A stretch of 38,422 nt of DNA from Patescibacteria group bacterium. GTDB taxonomy: Bacteria > Patescibacteriota > Minisyncoccia > Phycocordibacterales > UBA2100. Below the pieces are notes generated by a model. The model ran no database searches, had not been told where the DNA came from, and saw nothing but the letters and a program-made list of their open reading frames with translations. This document shows, piece after piece, positions 14,410-22,499 of the stretch. Both the position numbers and the translations under genes were made by a program. Each line of letters starts with the position of its first letter. The first letter of the stretch is position 1. The stretch covers positions 1 through 38,422 of the forward strand of contig JANLHO010000057.1 in NCBI GenBank assembly GCA_024654485.1, read 5' to 3'.

Positions 14410-15675
14410 ATGGACGTATTGCTTGTGGGCGGTGGTGGGCGCGAGCACTCCCTCGCGTGGAAGCTCGCGCAGTCGCCGCAGATAGGCAAGCTCTATATCG
14501 CTCCCGGCAACGGCGGCACGGCGCGTCTGGGCGAGAATGTTCCCATCGGGGCGATGGAATTTGAAAAGCTGGCGGATTTTGCCGCAGAAAAGAATGTCGG
14601 ACTTACGGTGTGCAGCATGGACGATCCGCTTGCCGCCGGTATCGTGGACCTTTTTCGGGAGCGCGGCTTGCGGATATGGGGTCCTTCCAAGTCGGCGGCC
14701 AGAGTAGAAAGCTCCAAAGCATTCGCCAAGCAGCTCATGAGCGATGCGAAAGTCCCGACCGCAGCTTTCAAGGTCTTCACCGCATACGCACCCGCTCTAG
14801 GGTATGTGCGCCGGCAGGGCGTACCTATCGTCATAAAGGCGAGCGGTCTCGCACTCGGCAAGGGAGTGTATGTGTGCAAGACAGTGGAGGAAGCGGAGGC
14901 CGCTCTAAAAGAAATTCTGGTAGACAGAGTACACAATGATGCGGGCAGCGAGGTCGTGATAGAGGAATTTCTGGACGGTCCGGAGATATCCATACACGCT
15001 CTTTGCGACGGATCCACGCACCTCATGTTCCCCCCGTCGCAGGATCACAAAACTATATTTGAAGGCAATGAAGGTCCAATGACGGGCGGGATGGGTACAT
15101 ACGTCCCGGTACCGTGGGTGGATGAGGATGCTATGAGCGGCATAGAGGCGCAGGTGGTGGGGCCGACGCTTGACGCTCTTGGTCGCTCCGGCGTGCAATT
15201 CACAGGCCTTCTTTACCCGGGGCTAAAGATGACGGCGGAGGGACCGAAGGTGCTGGAGTTCAATGCGCGCTTCGGCGACCCCGAATGCCAAGCCTACATG
15301 CGCCTCATGAAGAGCGATCTTCTGGAGCTACTGGAGGCATCCGCCGATGGCACATTGGATGGCGTGCGAATTGAGTGGCAAAGCGGCTTCGCCGTCAACA
15401 TAGTCATAGCTTCCGGCGGCTATCCGGGAGAGTACAAAAAAGGACTTCCCATCACGGGCATAGAGGAGGCGGAGAAGATATCCGGCGTCGTCGTGTTTCA
15501 CGCGGGTACGAGATTGGAGGGTGACGTGCCCGTTACGAACGGCGGGCGCGTACTCGGAGTGTCGGCTGTGGGGCGGACTCTCAAGGAAGCTCTGGACAGT
15601 GCCTACAAAGCCGCCGATACAATTCAATTTGAGGGCAAATACTTCCGCCGCGATATAGGAGCGGGGGCGCTATGA
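14410..15675 (+). CDS. purD: Phosphoribosylamine-glycine ligase
   Basis: MDVLLVGGGGREHSLAWKL N-terminus and an ATP-grasp body. Confidence 0.95.
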   Translation: MDVLLVGGGGREHSLAWKLAQSPQIGKLYIAPGNGGTARLGENVPIGAMEFEKLADFAAEKNVGLTVCSMDDPLAAGIVDLFRERGLRIWGPSKSAARVESSKAFAKQLMSDAKVPTAAFKVFTAYAPALGYVRRQGVPIVIKASGLALGKGVYVCKTVEEAEAALKEILVDRVHNDAGSEVVIEEFLDGPEISIHALCDGSTHLMFPPSQDHKTIFEGNEGPMTGGMGTYVPVPWVDEDAMSGIEAQVVGPTLDALGRSGVQFTGLLYPGLKMTAEGPKVLEFNARFGDPECQAYMRLMKSDLLELLEASADGTLDGVRIEWQSGFAVNIVIASGGYPGEYKKGLPITGIEEAEKISGVVVFHAGTRLEGDVPVTNGGRVLGVSAVGRTLKEALDSAYKAADTIQFEGKYFRRDIGAGAL

Positions 15676-16247
15676 TCGTTTGGCCTGTCATCGTTGGTTC
15701 GGTCATAAACCTTTTCGGGAGTTCATACTACATCTGGAACACGATTCGGGGAGTGACGAAACCTAATCGTGTCACTTGGCTCATGTGGGCAATTGCGCCC
15801 CTGATCGGGAGCGCAGCAGCTTTCACGAGCGGAGTGTCGTGGGCGGTCTTGCCTGTCTTTATGTCCGGATTTTTCCCACTGCTCGTATTCCTCTCATCAT
15901 TTGTCAATAAGAACGCTTACTGGCAACTTGGGAGATTCGACTATGTATGCGGTGGTATTTCCGCGCTAGCGCTCCTGCTATGGGCACTTACTAGCAATCC
16001 TATCATCGCGATCATTCTCGCTATAGCAGCAGACGCGTTCGCCGGTATCCCCACCGTTATCAAAGCATGGAAATACCCCGAGACTGAAACGGCTACAGGA
16101 TACGCGGCGAACGGCATCAACAACCTGACGAGTTTTTTCGTTATTAGGCAGTGGACGTTCGCAAGTTATGCTTTCCCGCTATATCTCGTCGCAATGAACA
16201 CGTATTTTGTCTTCGCCCTTCTTAGGAAGCGTGTGAGGTTTTCCTGA
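15672..16247 (+). CDS. Integral membrane protein, unknown function (about 6 TM)
   Basis: 191-aa hydrophobic ORF whose ATG overlaps the purD stop (ATGA). It is A/T-richer than its neighbours. Confidence 0.6.
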   Translation: MIVWPVIVGSVINLFGSSYYIWNTIRGVTKPNRVTWLMWAIAPLIGSAAAFTSGVSWAVLPVFMSGFFPLLVFLSSFVNKNAYWQLGRFDYVCGGISALALLLWALTSNPIIAIILAIAADAFAGIPTVIKAWKYPETETATGYAANGINNLTSFFVIRQWTFASYAFPLYLVAMNTYFVFALLRKRVRFS

Positions 16248-16341
16248 TATACTTTTCACATGCCTCCGACCACGCTGGAGCGGCAGCGTACCGCTGCGCC
16301 GCCGGACCCCGAAAGAAATAACGGACGCCACATGGCTGTTG

Positions 16342-16347
16342 TAGAAT
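16342..16347 (+). promoter_or_regulatory. -10 box, leaderless-type spacing
   Basis: TAGAAT, 6 nt before ATG 16354. Confidence 0.5.
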
Positions 16348-16353
16348 TAGTCT

Positions 16354-19212
16354 ATGCTTGGTAATGCTCTGGGAACGAGATTGGAGGTAGGGCATCCTAT
16401 TTCCGACGGGGCAGGGAAGTTCAAATCCCCCGAAGAGGAGCTTACTTATTTGCGCGAGCGCGTACGCCAGCAGGAAGAAAAGCTTGAGACGCCCAAGAGC
16501 AAATTTGAGCACGACCGCATCGCGCACCGCGAGGTAGCGTCATACGCGGAAGTGCCAGCCGCGACCATCTTGCATGAGACGGTAGTGATGGCGGAGCACG
16601 ACATCATCCACCACGTCCTGAAGCTGGAGCCGGAAACGCACGACAAGCAGGTAGACGAGATACTGCGGCTCGTCCAGCAGCACGGCATCAGGAACGCGCT
16701 CTCGGTTGCTGCCCGCATGAAAAACCCGCATTTGGAGGACGATGTACACCGCGCGCTCGTGCGCTACATCGCGGAAGGACTGCCGGACAAGGGGATGGCT
16801 CCGCCGGAGAAAGTGCGCCGCGCTCTAAATATGGTCCTATTTGAGATACATCCGCAAGCGCACGGCGAGGGCGATAAGCAGGAGACGCAGCAGCACAAGC
16901 TGGAGCAGCTTCTTTCTTCTTCCGAGCAGCTCTACGCGGGTCTCCTCTCACTCATAGATTCGCACGAAGGGTTCTCCCTTGAGATCGCCGTCCCAGAAGG
17001 GAGCGAGGAGGCGTATCTCTACCTTGGCGTGCCGCGTGCGAAGAAGGTACTCGCCGAGCGCCTCATATCATCGGTATTCCCGAACGCCCGCGTCTCGGAA
17101 TCACGGGGCGATTACAATATTTTCAATTTTGACGGCGTACACGCCGCTTCGTACGCCACGCTCGCCGACCATGCATCACTCCCCCTGAAGACGCCGGACA
17201 TGTTTGAGCACGACCCGATGAACGTGCTCTTGGCGGCTTTCGCGAAGATAGCGAAGCATGGCGAGGGTGCGGCCATGCAGATAACCGTCTCAACCGCAGG
17301 CGACAGATACAACCATCATTACAAGAAGGTACTGCGACAGCTGGAAAAGGGCCACAACTTCCGCAAGGCCATCAAGGTCGCCGAGTCGGAGATAGGAGAG
17401 GCGCTCCAGACGGTGGCGAAGCAGATATTTTTGCCCAAAGAATACGAGATGGAGGTTGAGCGCCAGTTTCGCCGCTCATCCGATCAGGTGGCGACCGAGG
17501 AGATAACGCGCAAGGTCAAGACACGCATCGCTCCGACCTCCATACGCCTCGTGGCATCGGCCCCCTCAAAGGAGCGCGCTCGCGAGCTGCTTAGCAATCT
17601 GGAGGCGCCCTTCGGCCAATACGACAATTCGCGCGGCAACCGCATCAAATTCAAGCGCGTCTCAAGCTGGGGCTTGGCGGATTTTCTGCGCGATTTCACT
17701 TACAGGGCATTTGACAGCTCTATCGCCATGCCGCTATCGCTCGCCGAAGTGACCTCCGTATTCCACTTCACCGCCGAGCGCGTGACGACCTCGCGCGAGC
17801 TCAAGCGCAGCTTCGCCAAGCAATCCCCCGCGCCGGTGGAGACCGCGCCCGACGGAATCACGGTAGGGATCAACTCGTACGGCGCCGACGAGACGCCCGT
17901 GCGCTTCGGCTCGCAAGACCGCCTGCGGCACGCCTACGTAATCGGGCAGACGGGTACCGGTAAGACCGGCCTCATCAAGAACATGATAATTCAGGACATA
18001 AAGAACGGGGAGGGTGTCGCTTTCATAGATCCCCACGGCAACGACATAGAGGACGTGCTCGCCAGCATCCCGCCGGAGCGGATGAACGACGTAATATACT
18101 TTGATCCCGCATACACCGAGCGTCCGATGGGTCTCAACATGCTGGAATACGACCGCTCGCGCCCCGAGATGAAGACCTTCGTCGTGGACGAAGTGTACGG
18201 AATCTTCCGCAAGCTATACGCCGACGTGCCGGAGGCCTTCGGGCCGATGTTTGAGCAATACTACCGCAACGCCGTGCAGCTGGTCGTGGAGGATCCGGAT
18301 ACCGGCTCCACTTTCGTGGAAATACCGCGCGTTTTCGCCGACCCGCAGTTCCGCTCGCTGAAGATAGCGCATTGCAAGAATCCCATCATAGTGCAATTTT
18401 GGCGGAAGATCGCGGAGCAGGCGCAGGGCGACCCCTCGCTTGAGAACGTAGCACCGTACATCACTTCCAAATTTGACGTATTCCTCACCAACGACATCAT
18501 GCGCCCTATCGTCAGTCAGGAGAAGTCGGCTTTCAACTTCCGCGAGATAATGGACGGCAAGAAGATATTCCTAGCCAATCTCTCCAAGGGTCGCCTAGGC
18601 GACCGCAACACCGCGCTCCTCGGGCTAATACTCGTATCAAAATTCCTGCAGGCCGCATTCTCACGCGTGGACACGCGCGGCGAGCTTCCGGTCTTCTATC
18701 TTTACATAGACGAGTTCCAGAACTTCGCGACACCCTCAATAGCCACCATCCTCTCCGAGGCGCGCAAATACAAGCTCTCACTCACGATAGCGCACCAATT
18801 CATCGCGCAGCTTGAGGAGGACATCCGCGATTCCGTTATAGGCAACGTCGGTACGAAAGCATCCTTCCGAATCGGCACGCAGGACGCGGAATTCCTTGAG
18901 AAGCAATTTGAGCCGCTCTTTAGCGCACAGGACCTTGAGAATCTACCCAACCGCACCGCCGTCCTCTCGCTATTGGTCAACGGCGTACCGGCGCGGCCTT
19001 TCACGATCCGCACCGCCGACCTGCCGATAATGGACTACTCCAACATAGACGCTATGAAAGAACTTTCTTATCGCACATACGGAAAGGACAGGGAAGAGGT
19101 GGAGGCAGATATACGCCGCAAATTTGACGCGGCATACGGCAAAAAGCCCGCAGGCGGACTATCCGGTCTGGATATGTCTGGCCTGCCCGACCCGTCGTCG
19201 CTGTATCAGTAG
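16354..19212 (+). CDS. Large P-loop ATPase, VirD4/TraD/HerA-like C-terminal half with uncharacterised N-terminal half
   Basis: Walker A GQTGTGKTG, Walker B-like FYLYIDEFQNF, and a coupling-protein-like KYKLSLTIAHQ. No obvious TM segment. Confidence 0.75.
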   Translation: MLGNALGTRLEVGHPISDGAGKFKSPEEELTYLRERVRQQEEKLETPKSKFEHDRIAHREVASYAEVPAATILHETVVMAEHDIIHHVLKLEPETHDKQVDEILRLVQQHGIRNALSVAARMKNPHLEDDVHRALVRYIAEGLPDKGMAPPEKVRRALNMVLFEIHPQAHGEGDKQETQQHKLEQLLSSSEQLYAGLLSLIDSHEGFSLEIAVPEGSEEAYLYLGVPRAKKVLAERLISSVFPNARVSESRGDYNIFNFDGVHAASYATLADHASLPLKTPDMFEHDPMNVLLAAFAKIAKHGEGAAMQITVSTAGDRYNHHYKKVLRQLEKGHNFRKAIKVAESEIGEALQTVAKQIFLPKEYEMEVERQFRRSSDQVATEEITRKVKTRIAPTSIRLVASAPSKERARELLSNLEAPFGQYDNSRGNRIKFKRVSSWGLADFLRDFTYRAFDSSIAMPLSLAEVTSVFHFTAERVTTSRELKRSFAKQSPAPVETAPDGITVGINSYGADETPVRFGSQDRLRHAYVIGQTGTGKTGLIKNMIIQDIKNGEGVAFIDPHGNDIEDVLASIPPERMNDVIYFDPAYTERPMGLNMLEYDRSRPEMKTFVVDEVYGIFRKLYADVPEAFGPMFEQYYRNAVQLVVEDPDTGSTFVEIPRVFADPQFRSLKIAHCKNPIIVQFWRKIAEQAQGDPSLENVAPYITSKFDVFLTNDIMRPIVSQEKSAFNFREIMDGKKIFLANLSKGRLGDRNTALLGLILVSKFLQAAFSRVDTRGELPVFYLYIDEFQNFATPSIATILSEARKYKLSLTIAHQFIAQLEEDIRDSVIGNVGTKASFRIGTQDAEFLEKQFEPLFSAQDLENLPNRTAVLSLLVNGVPARPFTIRTADLPIMDYSNIDAMKELSYRTYGKDREEVEADIRRKFDAAYGKKPAGGLSGLDMSGLPDPSSLYQ

Positions 19213-19232
19213 TTTTTGCCGTAGAAACATGC

Positions 19233-19238
19233 TACATT
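19233..19238 (+). promoter_or_regulatory. -10 box, leaderless-type spacing
   Basis: TACATT, 7 nt before ATG 19246. Confidence 0.5.
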
Positions 19239-19245
19239 GTCGCTC

Positions 19246-19851
19246 ATGAAGCACCCCAAAGAAGAACGAACGCTGGTCATCATCAAGCCCGACGGCGTGC
19301 AGCGCGGGCTCATAGGCGAGATAGTCAAGCGATACGAAGGCCTCGGACTCAAGCTCGTAGGTCTCAAGATGCTCGTTCCGGATCCCGCGCACGTGGAGGC
19401 GCACTACACGCTGGATCCCGAGTGGCGGAAGGTGACGGGGGAGAAGACGATAAAATCGTACAGAGAAAAAGGGCTCACGCCCCCGTCGGAGGATCCGCTT
19501 GAGATAACGGCGAAGATACTCGCCAACCTCAAGAAATACCTGACCGCCGGCCCCGTCATCGCCATGGTCTGGGAAGGCGCGCACGCGGTCAAAATAGTCC
19601 GAAAGATTACGGGCGGCACGGAGCCGCTGACTTCCGACGTCGGCACCATACGGGGCGATTATGTGCTTGATTCGTACACCATGGCCGACGCCGACAACCG
19701 CGCGGTACGCAACCTGATCCATGCATCGGGCTCGGCAGGGGAGGCGGAAGCAGAGATAGCGCATTGGTTCAAGCCCGGAGAGCTCACCGACTATCGCATC
19801 ATCCACGAGGAGATTCTCTACGACGTCAATCTAGACGGCATCTTGGAGTAA
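19246..19851 (+). CDS. ndk: Nucleoside diphosphate kinase (long form with internal insertion)
   Basis: RTLVIIKPDGVQRGLIGEI and the catalytic NLIHASGS. The ORF opens at TTG 19237; the first ATG is 19246. Confidence 0.9.
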   Translation: MKHPKEERTLVIIKPDGVQRGLIGEIVKRYEGLGLKLVGLKMLVPDPAHVEAHYTLDPEWRKVTGEKTIKSYREKGLTPPSEDPLEITAKILANLKKYLTAGPVIAMVWEGAHAVKIVRKITGGTEPLTSDVGTIRGDYVLDSYTMADADNRAVRNLIHASGSAGEAEAEIAHWFKPGELTDYRIIHEEILYDVNLDGILE

Positions 19852-19866
19852 CGTGTTGCGCCGTGT

Positions 19867-19954
19867 GCGCCGGCTGGGCGAGATTTCGCGCCCTGCGGGG
19901 CTTGCTTCGCTTCGGGCAGGTCCTCTCGGTCCCGAAATCTCGCCCCGCTGGCGC
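19867..19954 (+). repeat. Long hairpin after ndk
   Basis: GGGCGAGATTTCG (19876-19888) pairs with CGAAATCTCGCCC (19933-19945), with imperfect GC extension on both sides. Confidence 0.6.
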
Positions 19955-19992
19955 TGCGATGTTTTGGAGCTCATGTTTCCATCTGCCAAGCG

Positions 19993-20040
19993 GTATACCA
20001 CCACACCCACTTAGTGCACTAAGTGGGTGTGGTGGTATAC
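19993..20040. repeat. Perfect 48-bp palindrome, family P copy 1
   Basis: GTATACCACCACACCCACTTAGTG followed by its exact reverse complement. Confidence 0.85.
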
Positions 20041-20041
20041 T
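20036..20041 (+). promoter_or_regulatory. -10 box at palindrome edge
   Basis: TATACT. The predicted TSS near 20048 coincides with the 5' arm of the sRNA closing helix. Confidence 0.45.
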
Positions 20042-20047
20042 TCTAAC

Positions 20048-20199
20048 AGCGGCCGGTACTTTAACCTGCTTGGTACAAGAAAGGGATTCTCATATCGTCG
20101 TAAGTATTACACTTGCGTACTGCGGAAACCCACCTGGATTCAAACCCCAGGCTTGCCGTACCGCCGCTACCAAAAAACTCCGCAATAGCGGAGTTTTTT
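20048..20199 (+). ncRNA. Candidate small structured RNA of unknown family
   Basis: Has a -10 box upstream. The 5' AGCGGCCGGTAC (20048-20059) pairs with GTACCGCCGCT (20158-20168), leaving one bulged C. Ends in an intrinsic terminator. No ORF. Confidence 0.4.
20178..20199 (+). terminator. Intrinsic terminator
   Basis: CTCCGC-AATA-GCGGAG followed by TTTTTT. Confidence 0.75.
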
Positions 20200-20213
20200 G
20201 GTGACGCGGATGA

Positions 20214-20219
20214 TACACT
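20214..20219 (+). promoter_or_regulatory. -10 box, leaderless-type spacing
   Basis: TACACT, 6 nt before ATG 20226. Confidence 0.5.
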
Positions 20220-20225
20220 TGTACG

Positions 20226-21083
20226 ATGCAAGCATCCAAGCTCACCTTTTGCGGCGGGACAGGAGCGGTGACCGGTGCGAATTTCCTCTTAGAGTATGGC
20301 GAACCGCCAGCCGGAGGGAAGCTCTTGGTGGATTGCGGAAGCTATCAGGGTGACCGCGAGCTGGAGAAGTCCAATGCGATGCCGTTCTCGTACGACCCCA
20401 AGAGCGTCGGAGATCTGCTCGTCACACATGCTCATCAAGACCACATAGGCCGCATCCCGAAGCTCGTACGCGACGGATTTTGCGGCGTCATCCACTCTAC
20501 GCCCGCCACACGCGACCTCTCTGAAGTCATGTTTGAGGATGCGCTGGGGATCATGGAGAGGCACGCGCAGCAATTCGGACGCGAGCCGCTGTATGCGAAG
20601 GAGGATGTGGAGCGCGCCCTTTCGCTCTGGCAGACGCGCGATTATCACGACGCCTTTGCCGTCGGTGACGCGGAAGCGATGTTTCTGGACGCGGGGCACA
20701 TTCTCGGCTCCGCTCTCGTGCGGCTTTCGCGTTCGGGACGCACTATTCTTTTTACAGGAGATCTCGGCAATACGCCGGAGCCGCTTTTGCGAGATACGGA
20801 GCATGCTGAGTCTGGCGAGGAGCCGCACTATATCGTCATGGAGAGCGTATACGGGGATCGCCTGCATGAGGGACGCGAAGAACGCCGCGAATTCCTGCAC
20901 ACCGTCATAGAAGACGTGCGCAAGCGAAGCGGAGTCTTGCTCATACCGTCGTTCTCCATAGAGCGCACGCAGGTTCTTCTGTACGAGCTCAATTCCATGG
21001 TGGAGGACGGGCAGATGCGCTCACTTCCCATATACCTGGATTCTCCTCTGGCACGACGCGTCACGGATATAGTCCGGAAATAG
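20226..21083 (+). CDS. MBL-fold beta-CASP ribonuclease, N-terminal part (ends at in-frame TAG)
   Basis: HAHQDHIG metallo-beta-lactamase motif. Continues in the same frame after TAG 21081-21083. Confidence 0.8.
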   Translation: MQASKLTFCGGTGAVTGANFLLEYGEPPAGGKLLVDCGSYQGDRELEKSNAMPFSYDPKSVGDLLVTHAHQDHIGRIPKLVRDGFCGVIHSTPATRDLSEVMFEDALGIMERHAQQFGREPLYAKEDVERALSLWQTRDYHDAFAVGDAEAMFLDAGHILGSALVRLSRSGRTILFTGDLGNTPEPLLRDTEHAESGEEPHYIVMESVYGDRLHEGREERREFLHTVIEDVRKRSGVLLIPSFSIERTQVLLYELNSMVEDGQMRSLPIYLDSPLARRVTDIVRK

Positions 21084-21101
21084 ACCAAACTCTTCAACGA
21101 A

Positions 21102-21608
21102 ATGGCGCAGGCGCGTATAGAGGACGACGACGACCTGTTTTCTTTCCCCGGTCTTGAGGTTATAAAGAACACGGGAGAGTCGCGCGCCATCCACAAGACG
21201 GGGAATCCCAAAATAATCATCGCCGGAGCGGGGATGTCCAGCGGCGGAAGGATACGCTCGCACGAGCGCGAGTATCTGGGCGACAAAAATGCCACTGTGC
21301 TCTTCGTCGGCTATCAGACGCCGGGGTCGCTGGGCCGCCGCATACAGGATGGCGCGCGCGAAGTGGAGATAGACGGCGCGCGCGTTAAGGTGCGAGCCCA
21401 AATAGAGCGCCTTGGGGGCTACTCGGGACACGCGGACCGCGACCAATTGCTGGAATTCGTTGAGCACGCAGGCGGCTCCATTGAGAAAGTCTTCGTGGCC
21501 ATGGGCGAGCCGAAGAGCTCTATCTATCTTGCGCAGCGCATCCATGATTTTTTCGGTATCAACGCTACTGTGCCGGAGCAGGGGGACACGGTAGAGCTTG
21601 AGTGGTGA
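21102..21608 (+). CDS. MBL-fold beta-CASP ribonuclease, C-terminal part
   Basis: Same frame as 20226-21083. Contains GAGMSSGGRI and LGGYSGHADRDQL, typical of beta-CASP C-termini. Confidence 0.8.
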   Translation: MAQARIEDDDDLFSFPGLEVIKNTGESRAIHKTGNPKIIIAGAGMSSGGRIRSHEREYLGDKNATVLFVGYQTPGSLGRRIQDGAREVEIDGARVKVRAQIERLGGYSGHADRDQLLEFVEHAGGSIEKVFVAMGEPKSSIYLAQRIHDFFGINATVPEQGDTVELEW

Positions 21609-21659
21609 GTTTTGTGCGCCCGGATTCTATACACAGCACTTACAACGCGGTACACTTCT

Positions 21660-22349
21660 ATGGCAATGGTGCGCAAAACCCTTCATCCGAACCATACCAC
21701 TCCGCCGGCCAATTTTTGCAGGCTGCCCGATGGCTACGGAGTCGTGAAGATATGCGTGTCGGGTGCCGCAGACACTGGCACGTGCGGCTTGGACGCATTT
21801 GAGACGGCGAAGGAGCTGGGCCGCGAAATATCCAAGAAGGGGGCCATTATAACGACGGGCGCCACGACGGGTTTCCCCATGTATGCGGCGCTCGGCGCAA
21901 AGGATGAGTGCGGATTTTCTATCGGATTTTCCCCGGCATCAAACGAGCGCGAGCACGTGGAGGTCTACAAGCTTCCGCTGGAATTTATGGACGTCATTAT
22001 TTACACCGGATTTGGCTATTCCGGCCGCGACCTGCTGCTGGTGCGTTCTTCTGATGCCATAATAATAGGCTGCGGCCGCATCGGCACCATCAATGAGTTC
22101 TCGGTCGCCTTTGAGGATCGCCGCCCTATCGGCATCTTGGAAGGCTCGTGGGGGACGGACGAGATATTGCGCCAAATGATAAAAGAGGCGAACCGCCCGA
22201 ACGAAAAGCTTGTGTACGATTCGGACCCGAAGGCGCTCGTAGAGCGTCTTGTGGAGATGGTGAAGCATGACAAAGAGAAGACCATGCTGGTCTACAACAA
22301 TCACGACAGCCGGAGCGCGACCGGAAAGGATTCGGAGGTCGTCTTGTAG
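21660..22349 (+). CDS. SLOG/TIGR00725-like Rossmann-fold protein (LOG superfamily paralogue)
   Basis: ITTGATTGFPMYAA and GCGRIGTINE motifs. Start is ATG 21660 or 21666; the ORF opens at TTG 21612. Confidence 0.7.
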   Translation: MAMVRKTLHPNHTTPPANFCRLPDGYGVVKICVSGAADTGTCGLDAFETAKELGREISKKGAIITTGATTGFPMYAALGAKDECGFSIGFSPASNEREHVEVYKLPLEFMDVIIYTGFGYSGRDLLLVRSSDAIIIGCGRIGTINEFSVAFEDRRPIGILEGSWGTDEILRQMIKEANRPNEKLVYDSDPKALVERLVEMVKHDKEKTMLVYNNHDSRSATGKDSEVVL

Positions 22350-22407
22350 GCCGATTTCGCGCACCCCCACCTCTCCACCCAGCTCCCGCGTGGGAATATC
22401 TTTCATC

Positions 22408-22438
22408 CCGATACTTAACATTTTTTGTTAAGTATCGG
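22408..22438. other. 12-bp perfect hairpin in convergent intergenic region
   Basis: CCGATACTTAAC-ATTTTTT-GTTAAGTATCGG. Confidence 0.5.
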
Positions 22439-22454
22439 TCTTGTGGCGAAAGCC

Positions 22455-22486
22455 AAAAAGCCCGGCACGTTTAGCGCCGGGCTTTC
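22455..22486 (-). terminator. Intrinsic terminator of rplT (possibly bidirectional)
   Basis: The minus strand reads AAGCCCGGC-loop-GCCGGGCTTTTT, 14 nt after the rplT stop. Confidence 0.75.
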
Positions 22487-22499
22487 GCAGACCGAGGAT

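Noticed and set aside
20133-20151. T-arm-like CCTGG-ATTCAAACC-CCAGG followed by ...GCTACCA, considered as a tRNA or second tmRNA
   Set aside because: The loop is 9 nt with an A-C closing mismatch. No D arm, anticodon arm or 7-bp acceptor stem can be drawn, and the region is too short for tmRNA. It is kept only as part of the sRNA candidate.
20048-20170. Identification of the sRNA candidate as SRP (4.5S) RNA or 6S RNA
   Set aside because: I could not find the SRP domain IV signature (GNAR tetraloop flanked by AGG...AGCA). 6S cannot be called from sequence alone. It is left unassigned.
21081-21083. TAG reassignment (alternative genetic code) as the explanation for the in-frame stop
   Set aside because: TAG terminates several well-defined genes here (rpsS, rpmC, rpsN, rpsE, secY, gmk, map, the ATPase and smpB) at positions that match normal protein lengths.
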